A DNA stretch of 41,172 bases from Chiloscyllium plagiosum (taxonomy: Eukaryota), in contig NC_057720.1 of assembly GCF_004010195.1 (NCBI RefSeq), positions 1,726,439 to 1,767,610 of the forward strand. Reading direction: 5' to 3'. Positions 1 through 11,670 of this stretch are shown here, in pieces (positions within the stretch are counted from its first letter, which is position 1; each line of letters starts with the position of its first letter). Both the position numbers and the translations under genes were made by a program. The notes below the pieces were generated by a model, which saw nothing but the letters and a program-made list of their open reading frames with translations, had not been told where the DNA came from and did not search any database.

Positions 1-445
1 GCACCTTTCCACAATCTGTTTCCCCATCTGTTTCTCCACATCTCTGCTGCTATTGGGGGGCCTATAGTAGACACCCAACAAGGTGACTGCACCTTTCCTA
101 TTTCTGACTTCAGCCCATACTACCTCCAGAGGCAGATCCCCCTCAAACTTCCTTTCTGCATTTCTAATTAGCAATGCCACCCCCCCTCCTTTTTTCCCAC
201 CCTCCCTAATCTTACTGAAACACCTGTAACCAGGAACCTCCAACAGCCATTCCTGTCCCACATCTATCCACGTTTCCGTGATGGCCACAACATCATAGTC
301 CCAGGTACCGATCCACGCCTTAAGTTCACCCACCTTATTTCTGATACTCCTTGTGTTGAAGTATACGCACTTGAGCCCGTCTCTGTGTCCGCAAGTAGTC
401 CCTGTCAGTGCTACCTTCTCCACAGCCTCCCTACAGTCTTGGGCA
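1..445 (-). mobile_element. CR1-clade LINE fragment, APE endonuclease N-terminus
   Basis: Minus strand reads GLKCVYFNTRSIRNKVGELKAWIGTWDYDVVAITETW...GGGVALLI...LLGVYYRPPNS. Confidence 0.85.
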
Positions 446-1147
446 TTAATGTAAAGTAACTACCTGTTTACCATCTGTAACTTGTTCCCACATTTAAGCA
501 GGTAGTTTGAGAGGATAAGACTGAAGCAGCCACAGGTGGTGAATGGCTGGAGTGGTACAGGAGAGGAGGGAGGGTCTTTTGATTTCTTGGGCTGTTTCTT
601 GAGATGGGAAGTATACAGGCCAGGCAAGTTGTAATCTAGCACCAGTGTCCTCAGTGGATGGATTCCTAATGCTGTGGGGGGAAATACATTTGTAGGGAGT
701 GAGAATCTGAATGTGACATTAACAAAATGTGTGGGGAGAATTTGGAAGTCGCTTGTAACACTAAGGAAACTTTGCCCTGTCTGCTGTTATTCTGAATCAC
801 TCTAAGTTTGACACCTGTTTGAAATGGCCATGGTCTCCAATTGCAAAAGGGAAAGTTAAACGTTAAAACTGGATCACCTGAGGCAAACAATGTACTGCAA
901 TTGACACTAGGCAATGCCCAGTCAAATTTGCAAAGGCTCCTTTACTAACACCTGGAAACAAATTGCTCCCAGAAAAATTGAGCATTGTGCAACAAGCTGT
1001 CCCAGTCATCCATTTTACTGTTCTGCAGTATTCCATAAGTGCCAGAGGGAGAAGATAATGCCCTTGGGAGTCTTCAATATTGAATCCAGAGCGCATGAAG
1101 TTTCTAATGGTATCTGATCATAGGACCTGCCATTGGCCACCTATGCG

Positions 1148-1265
1148 GAAGTGAGGACTGCAGATGCTGGAGATCAGAGCCTAGATTAGTGGTGCTGGAA
1201 AAGCTCAGCAGGTCAGGCAGCATCCGAGGAGCAGGAAAATCATTTTGGATAAAAGCCCTCCATCT
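1148..1265 (-). mobile_element. Penelope-like element terminal fragment
   Basis: gaagtgaggactgcagatgctggagatcagag...ctggaaaagctcagcaggtcaggcagcatcc; same family as 2480-2655 and 36993-37192. Confidence 0.6.
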
Positions 1266-1641
1266 ATAACAGTCAGTTGAAGAAATCCGTTCTTTTCTTT
1301 CCTTTCCTCCTCTCCACCACTCCCCTGCATCTCTTTCTCCCCACCACCACAATGAACATGTAGAAGTATTGAGGGTGGCAAAAGCACAATGTGCTCTAGG
1401 AGCGGGGTTTGTTCATCAAGAAATCTGAATACAGCTAGGGAGAGAATCAATTGAAGGGAACAAATTCTGCACTGCTACCAATCTATGAAGACTTAGTGGT
1501 GGGAGTGACCAATGCACAATTCTCCAGCGGATCATCCCTTCTGAAAATTTGTGTATTTAGTTTTTCTTTGAATGCAAGCCAATCCTAAAAATGACACTGC
1601 TCCTCTTGTTTTGTGCTGTAATTGTAAATTGATATTTACAG

Positions 1642-1822
1642 GTTTGGTTTCAGAACTGTAGAGCACGTCACAAAAAGCATGTGAGTCCAAACCGCCTGTC
1701 ATCTACCCCAGTGACCATGCAACAGGAGAGGCGCTCTCCCCAAATGCTGGATGAAATGACCTACTCTGCATATGTAGCACCAGATGGACAGATGTTGACT
1801 GCCTTACACACCTACATGGAAT
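1642..1822 (+). CDS. LHX8: LIM homeobox protein 8, penultimate coding exon (homeodomain helix 3 and C-terminal region)
   Basis: Acceptor tttacag|, donor |gtaagt at 1823. Translates VWFQNCRARHKKHVSPNRLSSTPVTMQQERRSPQMLDEMTYSAYVAPDGQMLTALHTYME plus 1 nt. WFQNCRARHKKH is the LHX6/LHX8 signature; the SPxML(E/D)EMxYSAYV..DG.MLTALH.YM tail is LHX8-like. Confidence 0.96.
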
Positions 1823-2034
1823 GTAAGTTGAATAGAAATTCTGTTCCAATACCTGAACCAATTTCAAATTTTGATTACAATTAAAGTTGTAATGTTCACT
1901 CTAGCTGAGTCATTACCTATCGATGGGTAACTTACCATTATTCTGGGGCGTGTTGTTGTGTTTTTCCATAAAGGCATGGACATATACTTTTGTTCTCTGT
2001 AAGTTGTGCCCTGTAGAAGGAAGACTGTCCTCCA

Positions 2035-2295
2035 GAAGACCATGTGACAGATGCAGAGCCATTCAGCCCATTTGAGTCTGCTCTCTCATTCAGTAAGATT
2101 ATAGCTGATCTGAATCTTTGACGCCCTTTTCCCATAACCTTTGATTCTGAGGTTTTCAATCTCAGCCTTGAAAGACCTCTGCAGTAAAAATTCAACAGAT
2201 CGTCAATCCTCAAATTCCTCATCTTTCAGAAATTACTTTGTCCTCCCACAAGGCAAAACCCTGTCAAATCCTCAAAGAATCTTGTATGCTTCAAT
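2035..2295 (-). mobile_element. Degenerate CR1 3' end
   Basis: gccattcagcccatttgagtctgct...agctgatct; same tail type as 5155, 10620 and 39505. Confidence 0.6.
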
Positions 2296-2299
2296 GTCT

Positions 2300-3030
2300 G
2301 TTTGATATCCAGATGTTTCATTATCTGGCTAGGTAACATCATCACTGGCGACCTCCAATTGAAGCGAAGCTGTTATCTCCTGCTTTCTATTTATGTTTGT
2401 CCTGGATGGGGTTCCTGAGGTTTATGGTGAGGTCATTTCCTGTTCATTTTCTGAGGGCTTTTTAGATTGTTTTTTACCTCTAGATACCATGACTGCAGAT
2501 GCTGGAAACCATCTTCTGGATTAGTGGTGCTGGAAGAGCACAGCAGTTCAGGCAGCATCCAAGGAGCAGCAAAATCAATGTTTCACTGCTCCTTTGGATG
2601 CTGCCTGAACTGCTGTGCTCTTCCAGCACCACTAATCCAGAAGATGGTATCTAGATCTGTGTTTGTTTATGGTGTTTGTGGTTGGAGTGCCAGGCCTCTA
2701 GGAATTCTCTGGCATGTCTTTGAATAGCCTGTCCCAGTTGAAATAGTGGCTAAGCAAAGACATGCTAGAAAATTCCTAGAGACCTGGCACTCCAACCACA
2801 TTGCCATAAACAAACACACAGATCTAGATGCCATCTATCAACCCCCTCAGAAAACTAACAGGAAATGACACCACAAACCCCAGGAACCCCATCCAGGACA
2901 AACATATAAATAGAAAGCAGGAGACAACAGCTTCGCTTCACTTGGAGGTCGCCACTGATGTTACCTAGCCAGGTAACAAAACGTCTGGATATCAAACCTA
3001 CAGCTCAGCGAGCAAACCTACACCCCTAAA
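2300..3030. mobile_element. Penelope-like element fold-back (inverted 3' ends)
   Basis: 2300-2722 is the reverse complement of 2755-3000 apart from a nested insert. Right arm encodes HARKFLETWHSNHIAINKHTDLDAIYQP (PLE ORF C-terminus-like) and a degenerate hammerhead motif at about 2952-2988. Confidence 0.75.
2480..2655. mobile_element. Nested short palindromic PLE-derived insert
   Basis: About 60-bp near-perfect inverted repeat (ccatcttctggattagtggtgctggaagagcacagcagttcaggcagcatccaaggagcag) around a 16-nt spacer. Confidence 0.7.
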
Positions 3031-3034
3031 CTTT

Positions 3035-4450
3035 ATATATTCCAGCTATGGTCTGACTAGTGCTTGTAGAGTTTAGCAAAGCTATCTACTTTTAAAGACC
3101 AGTATTCCATTTGCTTTTGCCTTTCCAATTAGCTACTGAACTTGTTAGCTTTTTATGATACATGGAAAAGGACTCCTACATTCAGCTTTCAGCAGACTTG
3201 CACCATTTGAAATAATATTCAGTTCCTCTTCCAATCAAAGTACCTAACCTCACTACCACCTGCCCACCTGATTTTTCTATTCATCTTCCTGGTTTTTACC
3301 CACTCCCCTAACCCCTCCATATTCCTCTCCAGACTCTCATCCTCCCCACTTGTCTTGCCAACTGTTGTCATCCACAATCTCCACTTTGGTACATTCACTT
3401 ATCCAAGTCAATACATTTTGTAAATAATTGTGACCCAGCACTGACCCTGTGTCACTCCATTAGTTACAGATTGCCAGTTTGAAAATGTCCCCCTTATTGC
3501 CAATTGTTAACTATTAGCTGGCTAATCGTTTATCCATGCTAATAGACTACCTCCTACACTGTGGGCTCTGTCGTAGTTATCAAAAATCTACTGAAAATTC
3601 AAATCTAATGCTTCCTCATCTACCTATCTTCAGTCTAGTTAACTTGTCAGACTTGATTTTCATCTTGATGCATGTTGATTTGACCAAATATTTTTAAATG
3701 CTCTACTATTTTTGTCCTTTTGACCCTAACATCTGTTATTAAGAAAATATTAATCTAATTGGCCTATGGTTTTTTTTTGCTACTGCCTTTTTCAAAGTTT
3801 AAGATGTTGCATTGGCATTTTTCTAGTCCTGTAGAATTTTCTGAATTCTGAAGGTTCTTGGACAGTTATGAGCAGTGTTTACGTTATTTCTGTTGCTGCT
3901 TCCTTGTAAAATCCTAAGTCAAATCCCATCAGGTCCAGGAACCTGTCTGTCTTGAGTTCCATTAGTTTCTCTAGCACTTTTTTTTTTCCCCTCTGGTGAT
4001 AGCTATTGTCTTTATTTCCCCTTGTACTCCTTGGTTATGAATACTTTTGGAAAGCTCTTAATGACTGCAAAACATTTATTCAATGACGTTTCCATTCCCT
4101 ATTATTCAGCCAGCTTTGCACTCAAAAAGGCCTGTTCACTTTTCCCCCTCTCTCTTCTATTGTATTTAAAGAAGCTTTTATCCATTTTTATATTACTTGC
4201 TGGTTTGTCCTTTTTTTTTCAATCAGTTGGTTTTTAAAATTTCTCAATCCTCTTATTTACTAATCTTTGTCATGTTATGTGTTTCTTTCAATTTAATATT
4301 ACCCCTAACTTAGTTAACCAGGATCAGTTTATCCCCTTCCTAGTCTCCTTCCTCAGCTATACCTTATGAGCTATTACTTAAGTGCCTGTCTTTGTTCCTC
4401 AACTGTCCTTTCTGCTAACTCCTTTCCCAGTCTCCTCCAGCCACTCAACT
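3035..4450 (-). mobile_element. Old, heavily deleted CR1 LINE (ORF2)
   Basis: Eroded CR1 RT motifs: gacccagcactgaccctgtgtcactccatt (GV.QGSVLG on minus) and cccatcaggtccagga (PGPDG). Confidence 0.6.
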
Positions 4451-4751
4451 GACCAATTTATTATTCTTTTGCCCCTTGAATATTTTATTAATTGTGGTTG
4501 CTGTTTTCTATTGTGAAGTTTGGCTCTTGTACCTCTTCATGTTACAGGCTTAGTTGTAACAATTGTCAGAAAGGTAACCCTTCTATGTTTTCTCTCCTTT
4601 TTTATTCATCACCTCTCCTACATTGTTTACCTATAGCTTTGTAGTTGTAGTCAAAGAAAAATCAAAAACCCACAAATTTATCTTTTATGAACGGTTATGA
4701 ATTCTAAGTCCAAAACCTTCCCTCTGCTTCCAGCCCTACACCAATTTTTTT

Positions 4752-5072
4752 AGAATAGTTACAATCCGTACAGTGTGGAAACAGGCCTTTTGTCCAACAA
4801 GTCCACTCCAACCCTTAGAGTAACTGACCCAGACCTAATCCCCTACCCCATACTCTACATTCCCCTGATTATTGCACTAATGTACACATTCCTGAACACT
4901 GGACAATTTTTAGCATGGCCAACTCACCTAACCCGCACATCTGTGGACTGTGGGAGGAAACCTACACAGATAAGGAGAGATGTGCAAACTCCACACAGTT
5001 GGGCAAGACTGGAATTGAACCCAGGTCCCTGGTGCTGAGGCAGCAGTGCTAACCACTGACCTACTATGCTGT
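4752..5072 (-). mobile_element. HE1-type tRNA-derived SINE
   Basis: On minus: tRNA-like head (gtggttagcactgctgcctcagcaccagggacctgggttcaattcc), V-domain-like core and CR1-like tail; homologous to 17625-17933 and 25645-25922. Confidence 0.85.
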
Positions 5073-5154
5073 CTAGTCTAAGATCTCTTTGCGTTTCCCA
5101 ACTGTGATTTTTCTGTACTGGCTACATTCAGTACTTTCACTTTTCCACCTTCTA

Positions 5155-5300
5155 GAAGACCACAAGACAGGAGCAGAATCAGACCATTTGACCCATCCAG
5201 TCTGCTCTGCCATTCAATTTCTCAATTGTTCTCCTACCTTCTCCCCATAAGCCTTGAGGCCCTTACTAATCAAGTATTGATCGATCTATCCCTATCTAAA
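5155..5300 (-). mobile_element. CR1 3' tail fragment
   Basis: cacaagacaggagcagaatcagaccatttgacccatccagtctgctctgccattcaat. Confidence 0.55.
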
Positions 5301-5304
5301 ATAT

Positions 5305-6295
5305 TGTATTGACATGGATAGAGAACTGGCAGACAGGAAGCAGGGAGTTGGAATAATGGGTCCTTTTTCAGAGTGGCAGGCAGTGATGAGTTGGTACCAT
5401 AGGATGCAGTGCTGGGATCCTAGCTGTTCACAAAATATATTAACATTTTTGGGTGAAGGAATTGAATGTCTTATTTCCAAATTTGCAGATGATGGACTGC
5501 CATTCAGCTTTGTTGTGAGGAGGATGCTAAGAATCTGCAGGGTGACTTGGACAGACTAGCAATATAACATGGATAAATGTGAGGTTATCCAATTTGGTCA
5601 CAAACTGGAAAACAGAAATTTATCTATCTGGCAGTTTAGGAAAAAGTAAGGTGCAACAAGACTTGGGTGTCATAGTGGAACAATCGCTGAAGGATGGCAG
5701 GCAGTGAGGAAAGCTAATGGCACGCTGGCCTTCAGTGAGAGGATGAGAGTATTGGAGTAAGGGGGCCTTGGTGAGACCACATCTTGAGTATTGTGTGTAG
5801 TTTTGGTCTCCTAGTCTGAGGAAGGACATCCTTTGTTATTAAGGGAATCCAGCAAAGGTTCAACACTGATTCCTGGGATGGCAGAACGGACATGAAAAAC
5901 TGGAACAACGGGGTTTGTATTTGCTGGAATATAGAATACTGGGGATCTCTTAAAACCACAATCTTGATGTCACTGGACTGGCTGTGGGAAGAATGTGCTC
6001 AATATTGGGGAATTCCAGAACTGGGGTCAAGTCCAGGAATAAGGGGTAAGCCATTAAAGACTGAGATGAAGAATTTCTTCAGAGTTGTGAACCTGTGTAA
6101 TTCTCTCCCACAGAAAGCTGTTGGAGCCAGTTAATTTGATAGATTCAAGAGGGAGCTGGACGTGGCCCTTGTGGTTAAAGGGATCAAGGGGAATAGGGAG
6201 AGGGTGGGAATGGGATACTGAGATTACATGCTCAGCCATGATTGTATTGAATGGTGGTGCAGACTAGAAGGGCTCAATGGCCTATTCCACTGTTT
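5305..6295 (+). mobile_element. CR1 LINE, 5'-truncated RT and 3' end, frameshifted
   Basis: ISKFADD, LVRPHLEYCV.FWSP and FFRVVNLCNSLPQKAV motifs, then a tail ending gaatggtggtgcagactagaagggctcaatggcctattcc. Confidence 0.85.
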
Positions 6296-6329
6296 TGATT
6301 TTAGGACTCCACAGTCTTCCATGTCAGAG

Positions 6330-7650
6330 TTCCATAGAGACCCCACTCTCCGAGGAAACACTACCTCAGTTCTAAAAGTTTGACCCTTCAATACGTCTGC
6401 AGGTCTTCGTGTCTCCTACTAGAAATACCATCTCCATGTTCTATCCTGGCATCTCCATGTTCTATAAGTTTCAACCACATCATGCCCCTCACCCCACCTG
6501 TCTGGGTCTGTACTTGGAATTTAGAGTCCTCAAACCCTTCACTGCTGCCATCCTGAAAAATACCCCTTTATTTTCCCCCCCTCTGCCTTGAGTCAGTCAG
6601 TCAACCCTTGATCTATGCCAGTCCCTTGCTCCTGACACCATTGGCTCTAGCTTATTTAGTAGCCTCCTTGTCAATGGCCTAGATCATGTCTAAGGCTCTT
6701 CTTTGTCTAACTTGCTCACTTACCTCAGAATTCTAACAGATTTGTCAGATGTAACCTCCCTTTGAAGTTGTGCAGACTCAGCCCTGTTTTACCATGCACA
6801 TCCAGGTATTTTATAATCTTGTCCTTTTAATGGGTTGTCAAATCTTGCCAATGGCTGAGGTCAGGCTAACCAGCCTATAATTTCCTAACTTCTGCCTTCC
6901 TCCCTTTTAAATAGGGGTATTACACTATCCATTTTTCAGTCCCCTTGGACCCTCCAAGTCCAGGAATTCCTGAAGATCATGATTTCTATCTTCAGAACCC
7001 TGAGGTGTCCTCTCTCTAGTCCAGGTGATTTATCCACCTTGAGACCTGTCAGCTTCCCCAGCACCTTCTCTATAATGATCACCACACTCTCCTGATTCTT
7101 GACGTTCTAGTATCTTCCTCTGCAAAAATTGATGCAAAGTATCATTCTGTCATTTTTGTTCCCCATTACTATTCTCCAGCCTCATTTTTTTCAGTGGGCC
7201 AATGTCCACCTTTTTTTAGAGAACTCTTTTTTTTTTGAAGAATGCAAGAGTAGTTTTTATTACTAGTTAATTTTTATTTCATTTTTTATCCTCTGGATTT
7301 TAAAGTCTTCCCCCTAATTTTCACCAGACTTCTCTTTGTCAGCTGCAGTTGCTCAGCCTCTGTAGTATGTTTCTTCCTTGGGATGAATTTCTGACCAGCT
7401 GCTTGTCTTTTGTTCCCTTTACTCAATTGTAATACCGTTACATGTGGTTCTAACTCCTTCCCCTCAAACTGCAGGGTGCATTCTATCATCATTATGGTCA
7501 CTGCTCCCTGGGAGTTCCTTCACCTTAAGCTCCCTAATCAAGTTCAACTATATTTCAGAGGTACAGGAAAGTTTTTAATCATAATCAGCTGTTCCTACCG
7601 TCTGTCACTTCAGTAGCTGCTCTGAGTTCTGATTACTCAAGGTGAGTTCC
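6330..7650 (-). mobile_element. Degenerate CR1 LINE ORF2 fragments
   Basis: gaggtcaggctaaccagcctataatttcc (NYRLVSLTS on minus), ccaggtgatttatccacctt (KVDKSPG). Confidence 0.6.
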
Positions 7651-8073
7651 TTGAATGATCAGAATTCAGCTTCATTCTTGGTATCTACTCCTAACTGTTG
7701 GATTGCAGGTTATTGAATTTATAAGCAAGTTGATTACAGGTTTGTCCAGGCTGCTGCTTCAAATTTCCAAACTCTTGCCTGCATCCTTCAGGAACAAACT
7801 TGTGCACCCCCAGAATATCCTTTTTTTGAACAGGGCATTAGTCTAAGCTACGTGACAGTGGTGGATAACTTTCACATGCTCTGCCTATTAACTTGCTCCA
7901 CAGAGGCAGTGTCCAGTTTTTCTAAATTTTCAGACTACCTTTCCTCAAATAATTTGAGATTTGGAATTTTGGTTGGGGCTATATAAATTAAACAGTTCCT
8001 TACTGGACTTTGGGAAATTCCTTGCTGTAATCTAATCACAATCATCCACCTTGAAGGCTTCCTTTTTAATCTG

Positions 8074-8170
8074 TGGACAAAGTTTAAAAAATCTCACAAC
8101 ACCAGGTTATAGTCCAGCAGCTTTATTTGGAAGTACAAGCTTTTGGAGCACTGCCCTTTCAGGTAGCTAC
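8074..8170 (-). mobile_element. PLE terminal fragment (family of 38513-39114)
   Basis: aaaaatctcacaacaccaggttatagtccagcagctttatttggaagtacaagcttttggagcactgcc matches 38517-38595. Confidence 0.6.
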
Positions 8171-8460
8171 CCACCTAAAAATACCAACACCTCCATATTA
8201 TTTTTAAACTGTAGCCTTGTAAGCTGGCACTCTTCCTCCTTTTTTGCAATTCAAGTTCCAGCCATTTTCTTTTTGTCTCCCTCCACTTATCTTTTAAGTA
8301 CAGGCAATCAGAAATCATTTTTAACTTGAAAGGGTGTACTGATGCTGAAGGGGGTTCAGAGGAGTTTCACTAGGTTGGTTGCAGAGTTGAAGATCTGCTT
8401 AAGAGGAGAGATTGCATAGACTGGGACTATATTCTTAAAGGAATGGGGGTGGGGTGGGAA

Positions 8461-9435
8461 ATAGAGTCATAGAGATGTACAGCATGGAAACACCCTTCGG
8501 TCTGACCTGTCCATGCTGACCAGATGTCCCACCTGCCAGCACCTGGCCCATATCCCTCCAAACCCTTCCTATTCATATACCCATCCAAATGCCTCTTAAA
8601 TGTTGCAATTGTACCAGCCTCCACCACATCCTCTGGCAGCTCATTCCATATACTTACCACCCTCCGTGAAAAAATTGCCCCTTAGGTCTCTTTTATATCT
8701 TTCCCTTCTCGCCCTAAACTTATGCCCTTCTAGTTCTGGACTCCCCAACCCCAGGGAAAAGACTTTGCCTATTTATCCTATCCATACCCCTCATAATTTT
8801 GTAAACCTCTAAGGTCACCCCTCAGCCTCCGACACTCCAGGGAAAACAGCCCCAGCCTGTTCAGCCTCTCCCTGTAGCTCAGATCTTCTAAGCCTGGCAA
8901 CATCCTTGTAAATCTCTTCTGAACCCTTTTAAGTTTTGCAACATCTTTCCGATAGGAAGGAGACCAGAACTGCATGCAATATTCCAACAGTGGCCTAACC
9001 AATGTCCTGCACAGCCGCAACATGACCTCCCAACTCCTGTACTCGATACTCAGACCAATAAAGCAAAGCATACCAAACGCCGCCTTCACTATCCTATCAA
9101 CCTGCGACTTCACTTTCAAGGAGCTATGAACCTGCACTCTAAGGTCTTTGTTCAGCAACACTCTCTAGGGCCTTATCATTAAGTGTATAAGTCCTGCTAA
9201 GATTTGCTTTCCCAAAATGTAGCACCTCTCATTTATCTGAATTAAACTCCATCTGCCACTTCTCAGCCTATTGGCCCATCTGATCAAGATCCTGTTGTAA
9301 TCTGAGGTAACCCTCTTCGCTGTCCACTACACCTCCAATTTTGGTGTCATCTGCAAACTTACTAACTGTACCTCTTATGCTCGCATCCAAAGCATTTATG
9401 TAAATGACAAAAAGTAGAGGGCCCAACACCGATCC
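8461..9435 (-). mobile_element. HER1-like CR1 LINE, 5'-truncated, inserted in an older plus-strand CR1 (8330-8430, 9440-9720)
   Basis: GSVLGPLLFVIYINALDASIRGTVSKFADDTKIGG, LVRPLLEYCMQFWSPSYRKDV, WNELPEDVVEAGTIATFKRHLDGYM; ends in a ctatgactctat tail. Confidence 0.92.
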
Positions 9436-9764
9436 TCTGAGGTGGGGGTTGTGAGATAGCCTCAAAAGGGAGCAGGTTTAGGACTAAGTTGAGGAACATC
9501 TTCACCCAAAGGATTGTGAATCTGTAGAATTTCTTACCTAGTGAAGCATTGAGGCTACCGTGTTGAATGTTTTCATGCAAAGAGTTTTGAACAATAAAGA
9601 AATTACCCATTTTAGGGAATGGGTGGGCAAATGGCATCGAGTCCATAGATCAACCACAACCTCATTGGTGGAGTAGGCTTAACAGGTCAGATGGTCTGCT
9701 CCTATTTTTGTTCTTGTATTCCAATTTCAAGCTGCTTTAACTGTTTGCAATCATTGGCAAGCTG

Positions 9765-10605
9765 GAGAATTCGGTGTTCAGCACCATTCATGACTCATAC
9801 TGAAGCAGTACGTGCTCAAATGAACAAGACCAGGACAATATCCAGGCTTGGGTCAACATGTGGCAATTAACATTCATGCCACACAAATGTCAGACAATGA
9901 CCATTACAAATAAGAGTCACTCTAACCACCACCCCTTGACATTCAACAGTATAACCATCGCTCAATCCTCCACTGTCAACATCTTTGGGGTTCCTATTGA
10001 CCAGAAATTCAAGTGGACTTGCCACATATACACAGTGGCTACAAGAGCAGGTCAGAGACTGGGAATGCTGCAGCAAGTAACTCACCACCTGACGCCCCAA
10101 AGTCTATCCACCATCTACCTGGCACATGTCAGGAGTGTGATGGAATACTCCCCACTTGCCTGGATGGGCGCAGCTCCAACAACACTAGAGAAGCTCAAAC
10201 CATCCAGGGCAAAGCATCCCACTTGATTGTCACCACATCTACAAATATTTGATCCCTTTGCCAGCACTCAGTAGTAGCAGCAGTGTGTACTATCTACAAG
10301 ATGCTCTGCAGAAATACATTAAACATTCTCAGACACACCTTCCAAACATGGGAGCACCACCACCTGCAAGTTTCTCTCCCAAGTCACTCACCACCCTGAC
10401 TTGGAAATGTACCACTGATGCTTCAGTCATTGGGTCAAAATCCTGGAATTCCCTCCCTACCGGCATTGTAGGTCAACCCACAGCAAGTGGACTGCAGCGA
10501 TTCAAGGCGGCAGCTCACTCCCACCTCAAGGGCAAATAGAGATGAGCTATCAATGCTAGCCAACCAGCAATGCCCAAGTCCCACACTGGAATTTTTAAAA
10601 AAAAC
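9765..10605 (+). mobile_element. Second LINE family (CR1/L2-group), 3' portion
   Basis: WQLTFMPHKCQTMTI...IYLAHVRSVMEYSPLAW, then WNSLPTGIVG, then a tail and an A-run at 10597-10604. Confidence 0.75.
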
Positions 10606-10619
10606 TCCAGTGAGTCTTC

Positions 10620-11200
10620 CATAAGATATAGGAACAGAAATAGGCCATTCAGCCCATTGTCTGCTGCTCCATTCAGTGAGGTCGTGACTGATTTAGAGTC
10701 CTCAATTCCACATTTTCCCAATAACACTTTATTCCCTTACCAGTTGTTCGCCGAACTGGAAATTTGTGTTGCAGACATTTCATCCCCTGTCTAGGGGACA
10801 TCCTTGGTGCTTGGGAGCCTCCTGTGAAGAATATTATTATATTATAATGTAAATGCCAGAGGAAACAACACAGAAGCGCTTCACAGGAGGCTCCCAAGCA
10901 CTTATATAGGGGATGAGACATCTGCAACACACATTCCCAGCTCGGCGAACAGAACCACAACAACGAGCACCCGAGCTACAAATCTTCTCTCAAACTTTGA
11001 ATTCCCTTACCAGTTAAGGTCTCTGCCTTCAGTATACTTGACCGGCCACTGCAGTAAAGAATTCCACAGTCTAATGGCCCTCCAATTCCCCTCGAATGAT
11101 CTTAAATGGGTGACCCCATATTCTGGGATACTCCTTCTGGTCCTGGACACTCCTCCCAAGGGGAAAAACACTCAAGTCCCCTAGGAATCGTGGTTCCCGC
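10620..11200 (-). mobile_element. CR1 3' end interrupted by a PLE insert
   Basis: cataagatataggaacagaaataggccattcagccc tail; sequence resumes after 11000 (gaattccacag, ctggtcctggac). Confidence 0.6.
10746..11000. mobile_element. Fold-back PLE mini-insert with 15-bp TSD
   Basis: attcccttaccagtt at 10731-10745 and 11001-11015; arms about 10745-10829 and 10879-10950 are reverse complements. Confidence 0.8.
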
Positions 11201-11409
11201 ATTGTATACCTCCCCCTACTAGTATTTCCACATATCCCCAAATGTGCTAATATTGATTTATCTCTGTCCTAACTTTCACAAGTTCAGCCTTGCTGCCTTG
11301 ACTAATCTTTACATATATAAAAGCAGTTGGGTCTGTTACTTTAGCTACTTCTAATATTTAACTATACAATAAATCTAGCATCTGTCTTCTGTGCTTCATG
11401 AATCGGTAG

Positions 11410-11670
11410 ATGGCTCAATGTCCACATCTTGGGTTAGTGATCCAGAAACCCAGTCTTAAGGATGTTTGAATATCACTACAGCATATAGAGAATTTGAATT
11501 CAATAAAATTTGGTCTAAAACCTTCCTGGTTCACTGATTTCCTTTTTCAGGAAGATCTGTGTAACTCAAGACCCACAGCAATGGGGATGATGTGTCACTG
11601 CCCTCTGGGCAACTAAAGACCATGCATTATATGCTGGTCTAGCCAGTGACAGGAGTGAAATAATTTTTAA
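11410..11670 (+). mobile_element. Degenerate SINE (family also at 31045 and 36860)
   Basis: gaatttgaattcaat...ctggttcactgatttccttttt caggaag...agacccacagcaatg...actgccctctg, shared with the other two copies. Confidence 0.6.

Noticed and set aside
446..1641. Preceding LHX8 homeobox exon
   Set aside because: No QAQFAQDNNPDAQ-like coding sequence seen; it lies upstream of the window.
1681..1884. 67-aa ORF as a standalone gene
   Set aside because: Part of the LHX8 exon read through its donor at 1823.
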